A DNA stretch of 64,000 bases, from the IMG/VR virus record IMGVR_UViG_3300016476_001289, one strand, 5' to 3'. The DNA comes from a virus. The position numbers were made by a program, and so were the translations under genes. Below are positions 1-10,224 of the stretch, piece after piece (the stretch's first letter is position 1; every line of letters begins with the position of its first letter). The notes under the pieces are model-generated. The model was not told where the DNA came from and did no database searches. It saw only the letters and a program-made list of their open reading frames with translations.

Positions 1-21
1 ATGGAATACTGACTATAATGG

Positions 22-82
22 ATTATAGACTATAATAGAATTATGTTCTTCTTAAAAACATAATTCTATTATAGACTATAAT
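22..82. repeat. 26-bp-arm inverted repeat containing two copies of the interrupted palindrome ATTATAG-A-CTATAAT
   Basis: 30-47 CTATAATAGAATTATGTT is the exact reverse complement of 57-74; arms extend to 22-47/57-82 with one mismatch; ATTATAGACTATAAT at 22-36 and 68-82. Confidence 0.85.
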
Positions 83-87
83 AGACA

Positions 88-279
88 TCAATAACCATCT
101 TTAAACCACCCTGATCCCTTTAAAGAGAAACTAGAAGGTTTAAGAATCTTATGAACTTCACCAGTACAAGGTGAATCTTTATCAAGATCAGAACATTTAG
201 TAGGTGGTGTTTCAAAAGGATTTAATCTTAAAGTTTTTTCCTTTTCACATTTATTACATTTATAGGTGTAAATAGGCAT
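88..279 (-). CDS. FmdB-family zinc-ribbon protein
   Basis: MPIYTYKCxxC...C...C...FSLKGSGWFKDGY is the typical FmdB pattern. Confidence 0.85.
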   Translation of the reverse strand: MPIYTYKCNKCEKEKTLRLNPFETPPTKCSDLDKDSPCTGEVHKILKPSSFSLKGSGWFKDGY

Positions 280-333
280 ATCAAATATCTCCTGTGTTTA
301 TTTATAACTATACCACTCATAGAAAGAAGAATC

Positions 334-801
334 ATGAGAATAGATAATGAAGCTCTTATGAAAGAAGTAAAAGAATCATCAATAGAGTCTTTTATAGAAA
401 CACTAAATAAGTTAAGTCCTATATGGGAAAAAGAAACCCAACCTCTTAATGCTCTTATGCCTGTGTTGTTTCTACCTGTCTTATTTAAAGAGTTTAATTT
501 TGATAAAGGATCAGTAATATTCAATATAGAAGCACCTATCGTTTTAGATACAGAAGGTGAACTAAAAGAAAGCTGTTATAGAGAGATTTATGATTATATT
601 GAAAATAACCCTAAGACTATTTGTTATGGTATCTTAGGTGAAGATTCAGGTGGCTATTATATAGAATTTGAGAATATAGAAGAGTGTATAAAGGTGAAGT
701 GTGTAAAAGGTGAAGATGGTTTATTAGTAGAAGGTGAGAGAGAGAAATCTTTAAGGATACCTTTACTTAGTTTTCATCCCGATTCTTCTTTTCCAAATTA
801 A
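334..801 (+). CDS. hypothetical protein
   Basis: 155-aa ORF with natural composition. Confidence 0.6.
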   Translation: MRIDNEALMKEVKESSIESFIETLNKLSPIWEKETQPLNALMPVLFLPVLFKEFNFDKGSVIFNIEAPIVLDTEGELKESCYREIYDYIENNPKTICYGILGEDSGGYYIEFENIEECIKVKCVKGEDGLLVEGEREKSLRIPLLSFHPDSSFPN

Positions 802-967
802 CTCTCTTATTGATATAAGAGTCAAGATCAGAGACTATTCTTTTAAGTTCGGTAATATCTTCATCCTCTCTAGAAAGTTTAGATTGTAAGTCTCTTAAAA
901 TAGATTTAGCATTATTAAGAGCAAGTAGGGTATTACGATAAAATCTTTTCTTTCGTGTATCTTCCAT
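767..967 (-). CDS. small helical hypothetical protein
   Basis: 66-aa ORF with GGAG SD upstream on the minus strand. Confidence 0.55.
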   Translation of the reverse strand: MEDTRKKRFYRNTLLALNNAKSILRDLQSKLSREDEDITELKRIVSDLDSYINKRVNLEKKNRDEN

Positions 968-1026
968 TTTTATATAACTCCGTGTATAGATAATCTATAA
1001 TATACAATGAAACGAGGAGTTAAACA

Positions 1027-1548
1027 ATGATGACAACAGAATTATCAGATTTATTTGCTAAAGGAACATTAGCCTGGGCAACCGAGACATCTAAAAGTTT
1101 TTTAAATGCTTGGAATGACACCGTAGGTTGGTCCAAAGAGACACCTATTCCATCTCATTTAATTACATTCTCAGGCGAAGACTTTTATACTGCGACACCT
1201 ACAAAACCTTATTTCTTAGACTTTAAGGGAGGTGCTTTAACCGAAGAGTTATTACAAGAAGACTTTGTACCTAAAGATGCTTGGAGAGATGTTATTAAAT
1301 CTCTTTTAAGAAAAGAGAATGCAATGGGATTCGTTCTTATTGCTGAAACAGAAGTGGAAGGTAAAAGTGCTTTACTTTTATCCTATGAAGGCACCGGAGG
1401 GCATAAATATGCTAGTTTAGTCTATTTTAATTTAGAAGAAGATACACTAGTATATGAAGAACCTAGATATATGAATTTAGATAACCCATTGATTAAGATT
1501 AGTTCTAATTTATCAAATATTTTTGAAGAGAATGACATCCTTAATTAA
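1027..1548 (+). CDS. hypothetical protein
   Basis: 173-aa ORF, GAGGAG SD. Confidence 0.65.
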   Translation: MMTTELSDLFAKGTLAWATETSKSFLNAWNDTVGWSKETPIPSHLITFSGEDFYTATPTKPYFLDFKGGALTEELLQEDFVPKDAWRDVIKSLLRKENAMGFVLIAETEVEGKSALLLSYEGTGGHKYASLVYFNLEEDTLVYEEPRYMNLDNPLIKISSNLSNIFEENDILN

Positions 1549-1599
1549 GTCTTTATAGATACCTCTCATTATATATAATATCTTTTATAGAGAGGTTAA

Positions 1600-2703
1600 A
1601 TGTTTTTTATTGAAGCAAGTGATGATAGATCAGCTGAATTTGCCACCTGGGCAATTATGAGATGTACTACAAATCCTTCTAATAGACCTTATTCAGAAGA
1701 AGAATTTGTACAACGCTTAACTGAAGCAGGTGTACCTTATAAAGACCCTAATGCAACAGACCCTTCTTTACCTAAAACATCATTAGGTAAAGAATTAGAA
1801 GTAGGGGAATTAGTCTTTGTAGATAATAGTAATTGTTCAAATGAAGCTAATAAAGTAAATTGTGCTGAATTACATAATCAAGTACTTATTATCTCTAAGA
1901 TAGATAAGACACCATCAAGTTGTGTTATCTCTGTAAGAAAAATGAGTAAGTTTGGTAATCCTTATGGTGCTCGTTATGCTTTTGCTGGATCAAGAGCAAA
2001 TACTGCAAAAGCAGGTAGAGAAACAGGATTATATAGATATGAGAAAAATAGAGAAGGTGGAGTAGCTACAAAACAAAGAGTAGAGTTTAGTTCACCTGTG
2101 GTATTAGAGTTTGTATATTCATCTAAAAAGGGAACAGCACCACAACCACAATATAGACAAGAGATGTCAAATGCTTATGCTCGTAAGACATTAGCTGAGT
2201 CTATTAAGAGAAGTGGTGATATAGAAATAGATGCCCTAGTAGATAATGTTGGTGAATTTGCTTATAGATATAATAAAGGTATTTGTATAGGTTTCACTAA
2301 GAATCAAAAGGGTGAAGTATATGCAAAGTTTAAATTATCTACTAGGACATTTAGTCGTGGTGGACAAGGTGCTTGGTATACTGTAAATGTAAATGTAGGT
2401 GATTTATTCTATATAGGTAAAGAAGGTGAAAGACCAAGTAATTGGAGAACAGAATTAGTAAATATGTTATTCCCAACAAAAACACCTGTTAAAGCACCTG
2501 TAAGTAGAAGAATGAATAAACAACAAATTACAGAAGTGCTAGACCAAAAAGGTATAGGTAGAGTAAGACCTGGTGTAGTACCTAAACAAAATATTCAAGA
2601 AGTGGTATTTACACCTACAAGAGCAATGGCTAAAAAACATAACATAGGTGAAGATATAGAATTTATATTCACACCTGAAACCCCTCGTAGTAGAAGGAGA
2701 TAA
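1600..2703 (+). CDS. hypothetical protein, possibly virion-associated
   Basis: 367-aa ORF, GAGG SD, basic C-terminus. Confidence 0.65.
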   Translation: MFFIEASDDRSAEFATWAIMRCTTNPSNRPYSEEEFVQRLTEAGVPYKDPNATDPSLPKTSLGKELEVGELVFVDNSNCSNEANKVNCAELHNQVLIISKIDKTPSSCVISVRKMSKFGNPYGARYAFAGSRANTAKAGRETGLYRYEKNREGGVATKQRVEFSSPVVLEFVYSSKKGTAPQPQYRQEMSNAYARKTLAESIKRSGDIEIDALVDNVGEFAYRYNKGICIGFTKNQKGEVYAKFKLSTRTFSRGGQGAWYTVNVNVGDLFYIGKEGERPSNWRTELVNMLFPTKTPVKAPVSRRMNKQQITEVLDQKGIGRVRPGVVPKQNIQEVVFTPTRAMAKKHNIGEDIEFIFTPETPRSRRR

Positions 2704-2707
2704 CAAA

Positions 2708-3295
2708 ATGAATAGAAGTGCCTCTTTAAGAAGAAGAATTGCAAGTCTCGAATCTCAAATTGCTGAAGCAGAAGAACTCTTATCTTCACAAGAAGAACAT
2801 CAAGCACATAATATATTTGATGAATATGACACAAACATGGATGGTTTAATCGACCAATCTGAATGGGGTGGGTTAACTGAAGCTTTTGATGTCCTTGATA
2901 CTAACCAAGATATGTATTTAGACCAAAGTGAAGTTGAAATGGGTTTTGGATCAAGCTTTAGTAAATTAGCTAATGCTAATAGATTTAAAGGTATCGCTCG
3001 TAGAAAATTAGCACATAATATGATTGATGAATATGACGCTAATTTAGATGGTTTGATCGACCAATCTGAATGGATGGGTTCACCTGAATCTTTTGATGTT
3101 CTTGATTTAGATCAAAATGGTTTATTAACAAATGATGAAATTAGTATTGGTGTAGGTGAAAGCTTTGGTAAGTTTGCTTCTTATCGTAGAAGAGCTTCTA
3201 AACAAAGAAGAAAAGCTTCTCAAGAACAATATTTAAGTCCAGAAGAAATAGCCGATATTCTTGGTGGCACTCTTATTTCTAAGAGTAGTAGATAA
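2708..3295 (+). CDS. EF-hand calcium-binding protein (two EF-hand pairs)
   Basis: Loops DTNMDGLIDQSE, DTNQDMYLDQSE, DANLDGLIDQSE, DLDQNGLLTNDE in a duplicated unit. Confidence 0.85.
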   Translation: MNRSASLRRRIASLESQIAEAEELLSSQEEHQAHNIFDEYDTNMDGLIDQSEWGGLTEAFDVLDTNQDMYLDQSEVEMGFGSSFSKLANANRFKGIARRKLAHNMIDEYDANLDGLIDQSEWMGSPESFDVLDLDQNGLLTNDEISIGVGESFGKFASYRRRASKQRRKASQEQYLSPEEIADILGGTLISKSSR

Positions 3296-3331
3296 TTTAA
3301 TTGTATTATATCCCTAAAGGATATAAACAAC

Positions 3332-3784
3332 ATGAAAGAATCATTACTTAAAATTCGTATAGAACAATGTAATTTACTAGCTCAAGCTAGTCCATGTAAT
3401 CGTAGAAAAGTTTCAGCTTTAATACTTGACCCTATCACTAATTCTATTATCTCTGATGGGTTTAATGGAAGTCCTAGAAAATCTCAAGGGACTTTATGTG
3501 GGGGGGAAGTATGTTTAAGAGATAAACAAGAAGTTAAATCAGGAACACAAAATGATGTAGGGTGTCATCATGCTGAAATGAACGCTATATTAAATGCTTG
3601 TCGAGTAGGACAAGCAACACAAGGTAAAGTCCTTATCGTAAATTGTGATCCTTGTTTAATGTGTGCTAAAGCGATTCATCATGCAGGGATAACAAAAGTA
3701 TATTGTCCTTTAGATCTATGGGGAGTACATAATGAAGGAATAAAGTATCTTTTAGAGAATAAAATAGAATTGGAAAAGATTTAG
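3332..3784 (+). CDS. dCMP deaminase (ComEB/dCD family)
   Basis: HAEMNAI and PCLMC zinc motifs; SPCNRRKV and GFNG. Confidence 0.9.
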   Translation: MKESLLKIRIEQCNLLAQASPCNRRKVSALILDPITNSIISDGFNGSPRKSQGTLCGGEVCLRDKQEVKSGTQNDVGCHHAEMNAILNACRVGQATQGKVLIVNCDPCLMCAKAIHHAGITKVYCPLDLWGVHNEGIKYLLENKIELEKI

Positions 3785-3845
3785 TTTTGATAAATAGTTT
3801 ATAAAGTCCTTTATAGATAATAGACTTAAAGGAGTTATATATCAA

Positions 3846-4637
3846 ATGAGAAAGTTTTCTTCCTTAAAACCATATAGACCATCATTCAATAGAACAGCTG
3901 GTGGTGTTAAAAAATATATTATGAATGCTATCATGGAAGCTACTGATGAGTTAGTAGAAATTAATCCTGTTGCTGAAGATATTACAGATCAAATTTTAGA
4001 TTTGGCTATGTATGATGCTGAATCTAATATGGATGAAATGTTTGATCTTATTGATAGCTTACATATTTCTATGTCTGAAAAATTACAAATGAAATCTGTT
4101 ATTAAACAAGCTATCTATGGTCTTGGTTCTAAATTCGCAAGTACTAAAAGATCATTCCAAAATACATCATCTTTCTATAAGACACAACCAGGTTCTGATT
4201 TTGATTTATATGAAGGTGATCTATATGCAGATGAACTCGAATCTTTCGATGAACTATCAGGTGATGATTACTTATATAATGACAATGGTGGTCTTTATGA
4301 TGGTTTTTCATCAGATGAAGATGATTTCAGTTCCGAAATGATGGCAGATGATTTATATGCTGGTCGTAAATGGAATGGTGATAAAGTTAATAAATATGAT
4401 AAGCCACCTGCATTAGATAATACAGGCTGTTATAGCAAAGAAGATTGGAAAGCTAAAGGAAATAAAGGTAAAGGCACTTGTTATAGACTCCATAATGAAT
4501 ATGGTTCAGCAAATGCGGGTGATAATGGTTCTAAAGAAAGAGCTGAATATAATAGAAGATGGAGAAAAGAATGGGCAGATAGTAAATCCAAAGAAAGAAA
4601 AGGACCTCTTCCTGGTAGTAGAAGATGGAAAAAATAA
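3846..4637 (+). CDS. hypothetical, probable virion/head protein
   Basis: 263-aa ORF; acidic middle, basic C-terminus; RTAG and KFAS motifs. Confidence 0.6.
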   Translation: MRKFSSLKPYRPSFNRTAGGVKKYIMNAIMEATDELVEINPVAEDITDQILDLAMYDAESNMDEMFDLIDSLHISMSEKLQMKSVIKQAIYGLGSKFASTKRSFQNTSSFYKTQPGSDFDLYEGDLYADELESFDELSGDDYLYNDNGGLYDGFSSDEDDFSSEMMADDLYAGRKWNGDKVNKYDKPPALDNTGCYSKEDWKAKGNKGKGTCYRLHNEYGSANAGDNGSKERAEYNRRWRKEWADSKSKERKGPLPGSRRWKK

Positions 4638-4700
4638 TATCATAAAGTATTTATACTAAAACCTTATTAAGTATATATTTAAAAATAAGGTTATTACAAT

Positions 4701-5354
4701 ATGAGCTACACTCCTAAAAAAATGAGAAAAACGGCTGGTGAAGTTCGTTTTATCAAAGATAATAATAATGACGGAAGTCAATGGGGTTGGAGTGGGATGC
4801 CCCCAAGCCAACGAACTCTCATTGAAGAACATGACTTTAATTTTAGAGCAAGTAAAGACCTAGCTAAAGTCCTAAGAGCTACTTTATCTTCTCTTGGTCA
4901 TGCTATGTCAGCTTATACTACTTTCACTAAATTAAAATCTCGTGATGTTTCTCCTGATGGCAGTCTTGGTGGTAAAGGCTATATTCAAGAAATTAAACAC
5001 ATGAGAAAACAATATATGAATATAGTAGAAGCCCTGTCTGCTATGACCGATACTTTGTATGATGAAATTAAAGCTCCCCATTGGTCTCAAAAATCTCGTG
5101 ATACCGAAACTATCGTAGAACAAGCTGAAGCGATTAAAGAAGATCCTGAACAATGGGCAGATGAACAAAATGAACAAATGGATGATGTTGCTGAAATACA
5201 AAATCATGTAGGTGACCCGGATACCCAACCATTACCACCTAAAATTGAATGGAAATGGAATGAGAATACTAATAGAGCAGTTCCTATTATATCAGAAACA
5301 CCTACTATGAAAAGAACAGCTAGTTTAAGAAGAAACAAAAGGGGATGGTACTAA
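4701..5354 (+). CDS. hypothetical, probable virion/head protein
   Basis: 217-aa ORF; KTAG near the N-terminus and RTAS near the C-terminus. Confidence 0.6.
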   Translation: MSYTPKKMRKTAGEVRFIKDNNNDGSQWGWSGMPPSQRTLIEEHDFNFRASKDLAKVLRATLSSLGHAMSAYTTFTKLKSRDVSPDGSLGGKGYIQEIKHMRKQYMNIVEALSAMTDTLYDEIKAPHWSQKSRDTETIVEQAEAIKEDPEQWADEQNEQMDDVAEIQNHVGDPDTQPLPPKIEWKWNENTNRAVPIISETPTMKRTASLRRNKRGWY

Positions 5355-5355
5355 A

Positions 5356-8289
5356 ATGATAAAGAAATCTAAATTTGCTCCTGAACATAAAAATGTAAGT
5401 CGTGTTCCTAATGGTGGTTATACCTTAACAAGTGGTTCTAACTATATGTTAGATGGCTTTCAATTTGATACCGAATATAATGGTGGTGTATTAGAGAAAG
5501 CAAGATTACCTGAATCTAAAGGTTTATCTGCTCTTCCATCAGGTATGATTCCTATGGATTCACCCTTATTCTCGGATATACCTAGTCATACAGATGAAGA
5601 AGGTGGTGTTCATTTAGGTGATTTTATGAAAGAAGCTAATGACCAAGTAGTTCCTATTGTAGACCATTCTTGGTTAGCACAAGAAGCTAAAGAAAATTTA
5701 AGTGGTGCTCGATCTAAAAAAGACATCTATGAAGAAATGGATGAAGGCTTCTATTCAGATAGCAACCTTAAAGAATTAGAATCAGCATGGGGGTCTAGCA
5801 CCACAGGTTTAGATTTAGTCCCTAATGAAAATAGAAAACATACTAAATATACTAATCCTGAAAGAGATGTTGATAGTTTACCAGGTGATGATTATAGAGC
5901 TAATATAGAAAAAGCTATGAGAAGATCTGCTTATGGTGAACCTTTAAAAAATATCCTAACGGATCTTAAATCCGAAATGAGAAGTAAATATAGGGAATCC
6001 ATAGGGGATAAAATTGCTAGTGAACATGGTCTTCATGGTAAAGTCTATATTAGAGAAGAAGCCTTCCCAGGTCTATTTAATGGTAAATGGGATAGTGTTA
6101 TTAAAAAGAGATGTGCTTCTGCTATGTACATTATTCCTAATGCTCAAGATTGTGCTTACCCCTACCACCAAAATCGTATGGTGGTGAATAGTATAAATTG
6201 GAAGAAAGCATTTAACACCTATGCACCTAAATTAAAAACTATTGGTATTAAACTAGGCTCAGGTGAGAATTATAAACAAAGACTAAAACAAGCTTTTTTA
6301 ACTACACCACCTGCACCTATTGCTCCTGAAACTTGGTACGAATATCAAGAAGATTTAACTAAGAGATATACTACTGAAGAAGCACAAGAACAACTTGAAG
6401 ATTATATTCCTGAAGAAGAAACTTATGAATCTTTAGAAGAAAAAGAAGCTAGATTATTACTTGCTAAATTAGAAACCACAGCTACTCAAATTGTTAAAGC
6501 AGGTCTTTTAAACAAAAAAGAAGCTAGTCAAATTCTAAATAGTAAATACTCCACCAGTAAAAAAATGAATCTTTTGTTTAAGTTCGCTTCTACATCAAAT
6601 ATTAAAGATTCTAATTATCAAGGTGCAGGTGTGGGTGTTATTACTATGAGTACTAAGATCGCTACGGATTTTAGTGATGTAAAAATAGATACACCTGAAC
6701 ATAGAGAATTAAAACAAAGAATTGCTAATGCCGATGTTAAAATACAAAAGCTTATAGCATCAGGTCTTATTAGTGAAAAGAAAGCTAATAAAATTGCTTG
6801 TGGGTGTGGTTCTTCTCAACCTGAAGATAAAGTAGAAGCTATATTATCTCATATCGCAGATAGTAATATGCCTAAAGCAAGTGAATATGATGGTCAAAAA
6901 TGGGAAGCTTTAAATCAAATTAAAACCTACCAAAATGACTTCAAAAGTCTTGAATCAGAAATTAGTAGTCGCTTAAAACAAGCTAGTGCTTTACCTTTAA
7001 CACAAAAAGAAAAAGCAATTATTGAAATTAACCAAGCTCTTGAAAATAAAATCACTAGACTTGCTAAATCTAACTATATCAATAGAGTCGAATTAGAAAC
7101 CATTACTTATGGTATCACTTCACCTAAACAAAAATTAGCTAAAGTCATTAACTACTTAGAAAACCAACTTATTAAGGTTGGTGAATACTCTCTTGCTGAA
7201 TTTAGAGAAAATAGTAAGTTATCTAATAAAACAGAACAAGATTCTATTAATGCCCTTAAGACTTTAAATAAACAAGCTTCTAAAAAGAACTTAGAAAATA
7301 TACAATCTCTTATCACCGCAGGTGTAGTATCCGAAAAACAAGCCTATAAATTTGCTTCTCAAGGTAAAACCCCACAAGAGATGTATTTATCTGTATTAAA
7401 AGAAGCTAAGAACCTTTATTCTAATGCTGTATATACTCAAAACAATCTCTTATCTGAAGCTAATAACAACTTTGGTAAAGTAGATAGTAAAGAACAAAGA
7501 CTCGCTTCTATTCATGTAAAAGCTATTGAAAATAAAATCAATAACCTTATACAAGCTAACCTTATTACCATAGGTGAAGTAAATAGTATTAAAGCAACAG
7601 ACCCCAATAAGAAATTAGCTAAAGTCTTAAATGCTATTGAAAATAAAGTAGCTGTTCAAACTCAAACTTATAGTGATACACCTTATACTCAACATATCAT
7701 TAGGGATAAGAAACCAAGAACTCTTTTAGCTAGTGCAGAATCTGTTGAAAAATGGGTAAGACAAAAGATGGCTGAAGGTAATATGGGGAGAGATTTAGAT
7801 ACTTTATTACAGACCAAGTATGCTAGTGAAGTATTAGATCACTATGGTGAAAAGATAGGTAGCTTAAGAAAAGCACATGAAGGTTTATCAGGTCAAGTAT
7901 ATGTAGATGCTAAGGCATACGATACACCTAATGGTGTTACAGGGTGTGATCAAGGTGCATTACACCATAGGGCTAATACAATACCCGCAGTATTAGAAAT
8001 GGACAAGTGTGCAACTTGTGTATTTAAGAATGTTGATGGTGTATGTCAAAAGTACAATAAACCTATTGTAGCGAGTGTTGAATTACTCGGTATAGATAAT
8101 CCTAGAAAGTATCAAAAAGAATCAATAAGATTAGCTAATAGTAGTGATTCAGAAAGAACAGCTAGTCTATTTGCTAATAATTACGATCACAATGAATTTT
8201 CACTAACTACTAATGATGAATTAGAGATAGATGATGAACAAACACCACAAGCACTTGCCGATGTTCTATTCGGTGGATTTGAGGTTTAA
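5356..8289 (+). CDS. large repeat-containing probable virion protein
   Basis: 977 aa; duplicated EHGLHGKVYI / HEGLSGQVYV domain, helical internal repeats, C-terminal Cys cluster, many K/R-x-A sites. Confidence 0.6.
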   Translation: MIKKSKFAPEHKNVSRVPNGGYTLTSGSNYMLDGFQFDTEYNGGVLEKARLPESKGLSALPSGMIPMDSPLFSDIPSHTDEEGGVHLGDFMKEANDQVVPIVDHSWLAQEAKENLSGARSKKDIYEEMDEGFYSDSNLKELESAWGSSTTGLDLVPNENRKHTKYTNPERDVDSLPGDDYRANIEKAMRRSAYGEPLKNILTDLKSEMRSKYRESIGDKIASEHGLHGKVYIREEAFPGLFNGKWDSVIKKRCASAMYIIPNAQDCAYPYHQNRMVVNSINWKKAFNTYAPKLKTIGIKLGSGENYKQRLKQAFLTTPPAPIAPETWYEYQEDLTKRYTTEEAQEQLEDYIPEEETYESLEEKEARLLLAKLETTATQIVKAGLLNKKEASQILNSKYSTSKKMNLLFKFASTSNIKDSNYQGAGVGVITMSTKIATDFSDVKIDTPEHRELKQRIANADVKIQKLIASGLISEKKANKIACGCGSSQPEDKVEAILSHIADSNMPKASEYDGQKWEALNQIKTYQNDFKSLESEISSRLKQASALPLTQKEKAIIEINQALENKITRLAKSNYINRVELETITYGITSPKQKLAKVINYLENQLIKVGEYSLAEFRENSKLSNKTEQDSINALKTLNKQASKKNLENIQSLITAGVVSEKQAYKFASQGKTPQEMYLSVLKEAKNLYSNAVYTQNNLLSEANNNFGKVDSKEQRLASIHVKAIENKINNLIQANLITIGEVNSIKATDPNKKLAKVLNAIENKVAVQTQTYSDTPYTQHIIRDKKPRTLLASAESVEKWVRQKMAEGNMGRDLDTLLQTKYASEVLDHYGEKIGSLRKAHEGLSGQVYVDAKAYDTPNGVTGCDQGALHHRANTIPAVLEMDKCATCVFKNVDGVCQKYNKPIVASVELLGIDNPRKYQKESIRLANSSDSERTASLFANNYDHNEFSLTTNDELEIDDEQTPQALADVLFGGFEV

Positions 8290-8294
8290 TTACC

Positions 8295-9329
8295 ATGTTG
8301 CCTACATTACATAAGAAACCTTCAGCTTCTCAACCTTTTAATTTATTAGTAGGTCACCTAGCTAAATCATCTGATCCGTCTAAAGGTTATAATAGTGAAA
8401 AACTAAGATATGGTTTTAAAACACAATTATTCACCACACCTAGAGGTAATGGCTTATATGCTAATTTTGATAACTATAACCCCACTGTTATCATTAAAGT
8501 AAATTCTAATGCTTATGCTAATCATTTATTAGATGACACAGGTGTAGCTTTACCAGGTGGGACACCTATACCTCCTGAATATGAACCTGATATCTTTCAA
8601 ATCTTTAGTGATAATATTAATGAGATGGAATTATTAGCTTCACTTGAAGTAGGTAGTGCTTTTGGTAGAGATCAAGGTAATGGTTTTGGTAATGCTTCAG
8701 ATATAGCAAGTTCTTTAGCAGATGCTATTAATGATGTCGAAATGAACTTATCAGCCGAAGTCGATCCTGATGATAATACTCAAGTTAAAGTCACTTCTTA
8801 TAGTGTTATAGATGACATCTTCATTCAAGTTTCATCTTTTACTTATGATATATGGGGTGGAGATTCACCTTTTATTATTAAAAATAGTGATGGGGATATA
8901 TTATTTGATGGGACAGCGGATACTCTCTTAGGTAAAAAAGTCATTATTAAAGATAATGGTGTAAGTCCTATGGTATCTTTAAATACTGAAACCTTAGCTA
9001 ATGAGTTTGGTAATTTCTTAAAAGAAAAACTAAACTTCCCTATCACTAAAGCTAAAACATCTTTAACTAAAATCCATTATGCTTACTTGTATAATAATGA
9101 GATCGTTATATCTTATGACCCCTCTGCTAATACAGATGGTGCTAAATTTCATATCACTATTGAAAATTTAACCAATAACAATACAGACGATATGAGATTT
9201 ACAGGTTCTAATAAATATGATAATAATGGTAATTTACTTTACACCTTTGGTACTTTAGAAGGTAATAAGAATACTATCAAAACTTTTGTAAATACCTTTT
9301 TAGTGGCTGAAGGATATGACCCTATATAA
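8295..9329 (+). CDS. hypothetical, possible structural protein
   Basis: 344-aa beta-rich ORF co-transcribed with the upstream gene. Confidence 0.55.
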   Translation: MLPTLHKKPSASQPFNLLVGHLAKSSDPSKGYNSEKLRYGFKTQLFTTPRGNGLYANFDNYNPTVIIKVNSNAYANHLLDDTGVALPGGTPIPPEYEPDIFQIFSDNINEMELLASLEVGSAFGRDQGNGFGNASDIASSLADAINDVEMNLSAEVDPDDNTQVKVTSYSVIDDIFIQVSSFTYDIWGGDSPFIIKNSDGDILFDGTADTLLGKKVIIKDNGVSPMVSLNTETLANEFGNFLKEKLNFPITKAKTSLTKIHYAYLYNNEIVISYDPSANTDGAKFHITIENLTNNNTDDMRFTGSNKYDNNGNLLYTFGTLEGNKNTIKTFVNTFLVAEGYDPI

Positions 9330-9347
9330 AAACAAAGGTTTTTTATT

Positions 9348-10034
9348 ATGTTTGATTCAAGTGTATCAAGAGTACAAGTTGTAGATGAATTAGGTAAAAC
9401 AGTATGGAGAAAACCATCTGATATTAGAGATACGGATACTATTAAGATCAATCCCCAAACAGGTGCTCCTATTGTTATGTCTGGTTTACCAGGTAGACCA
9501 GGTTCTAATGAAATCACCCTTACTAATCCCTATGCCGGACCTCCTGCCCATTATCAAACAGGGGGTCCTGTGGGTAATTCTGCTATTCAAGATTTGAATA
9601 AAAGAAGAAAAGAGATTATGGAGGAAGATAAGGTTTTAGATCAGACTTTAAAGAACTCAGACTCAGGTGGTGTTTTAGATGCTGTTCTTGAAGGTCTCGC
9701 TGAAGAATCGGCTTCTCTTAAATTTGAAAGAGCAGAAGCCGAAAGAAAAGGTGAGAATACAAGTCAATTATCTATTCGTAGAATTGCTGCCCTTAAAGCA
9801 GTAGGTGATACTTGGTTAAAGAAAAAAGAAGTCTTATCAGGACAATCTGTGGACTTAGATTCTAAAGCATTTAAAATCATATTTGGATTTATAGCTGAGA
9901 CTTTTAGAAAAGCTTGTGATGAAGCTAAAGTAAGACCTGAAATGTCTGAATCTGTTTTTGCTAACTTTGGTAAAATGGTAGATGGTGATGAATGGTTAAA
10001 AGAAGCTAAAGCAAGAATGGAAAAAGGTGAATAA
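9348..10034 (+). CDS. hypothetical protein
   Basis: 228-aa ORF with helical C-terminal half; function not recognisable. Confidence 0.6.
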   Translation: MFDSSVSRVQVVDELGKTVWRKPSDIRDTDTIKINPQTGAPIVMSGLPGRPGSNEITLTNPYAGPPAHYQTGGPVGNSAIQDLNKRRKEIMEEDKVLDQTLKNSDSGGVLDAVLEGLAEESASLKFERAEAERKGENTSQLSIRRIAALKAVGDTWLKKKEVLSGQSVDLDSKAFKIIFGFIAETFRKACDEAKVRPEMSESVFANFGKMVDGDEWLKEAKARMEKGE

Positions 10035-10183
10035 TGAAATCATTAATAGCAAAGCTACCTAAAAAGTATCAATGGTCTATACATAATATTATCGCCCACC
10101 CTATAAGTGAAGTGTTTCATATATTTGGTTTTGATACATTATCTCAAAAAGTACACGATATAACATTGCCACCTGAAGAATAA
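10034..10183 (+). CDS. small hypothetical protein (49 aa, below ORF-track cutoff)
   Basis: TAATG overlap with upstream stop, AGGTGA SD; MKSLIAKLPKKYQWSIHNIIAHPISEVFHIFGFDTLSQKVHDITLPPEE. Confidence 0.7.
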   Translation: MKSLIAKLPKKYQWSIHNIIAHPISEVFHIFGFDTLSQKVHDITLPPEE

Positions 10184-10224
10184 TTACTATAATCTCCTTA
10201 TCATACATAAAGGAGATAACTTAT

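Noticed and set aside
9348-10034. Terminase small subunit
   Set aside because: Helical protein of suitable size, but 20 kb from terL and without a motif I can recognise
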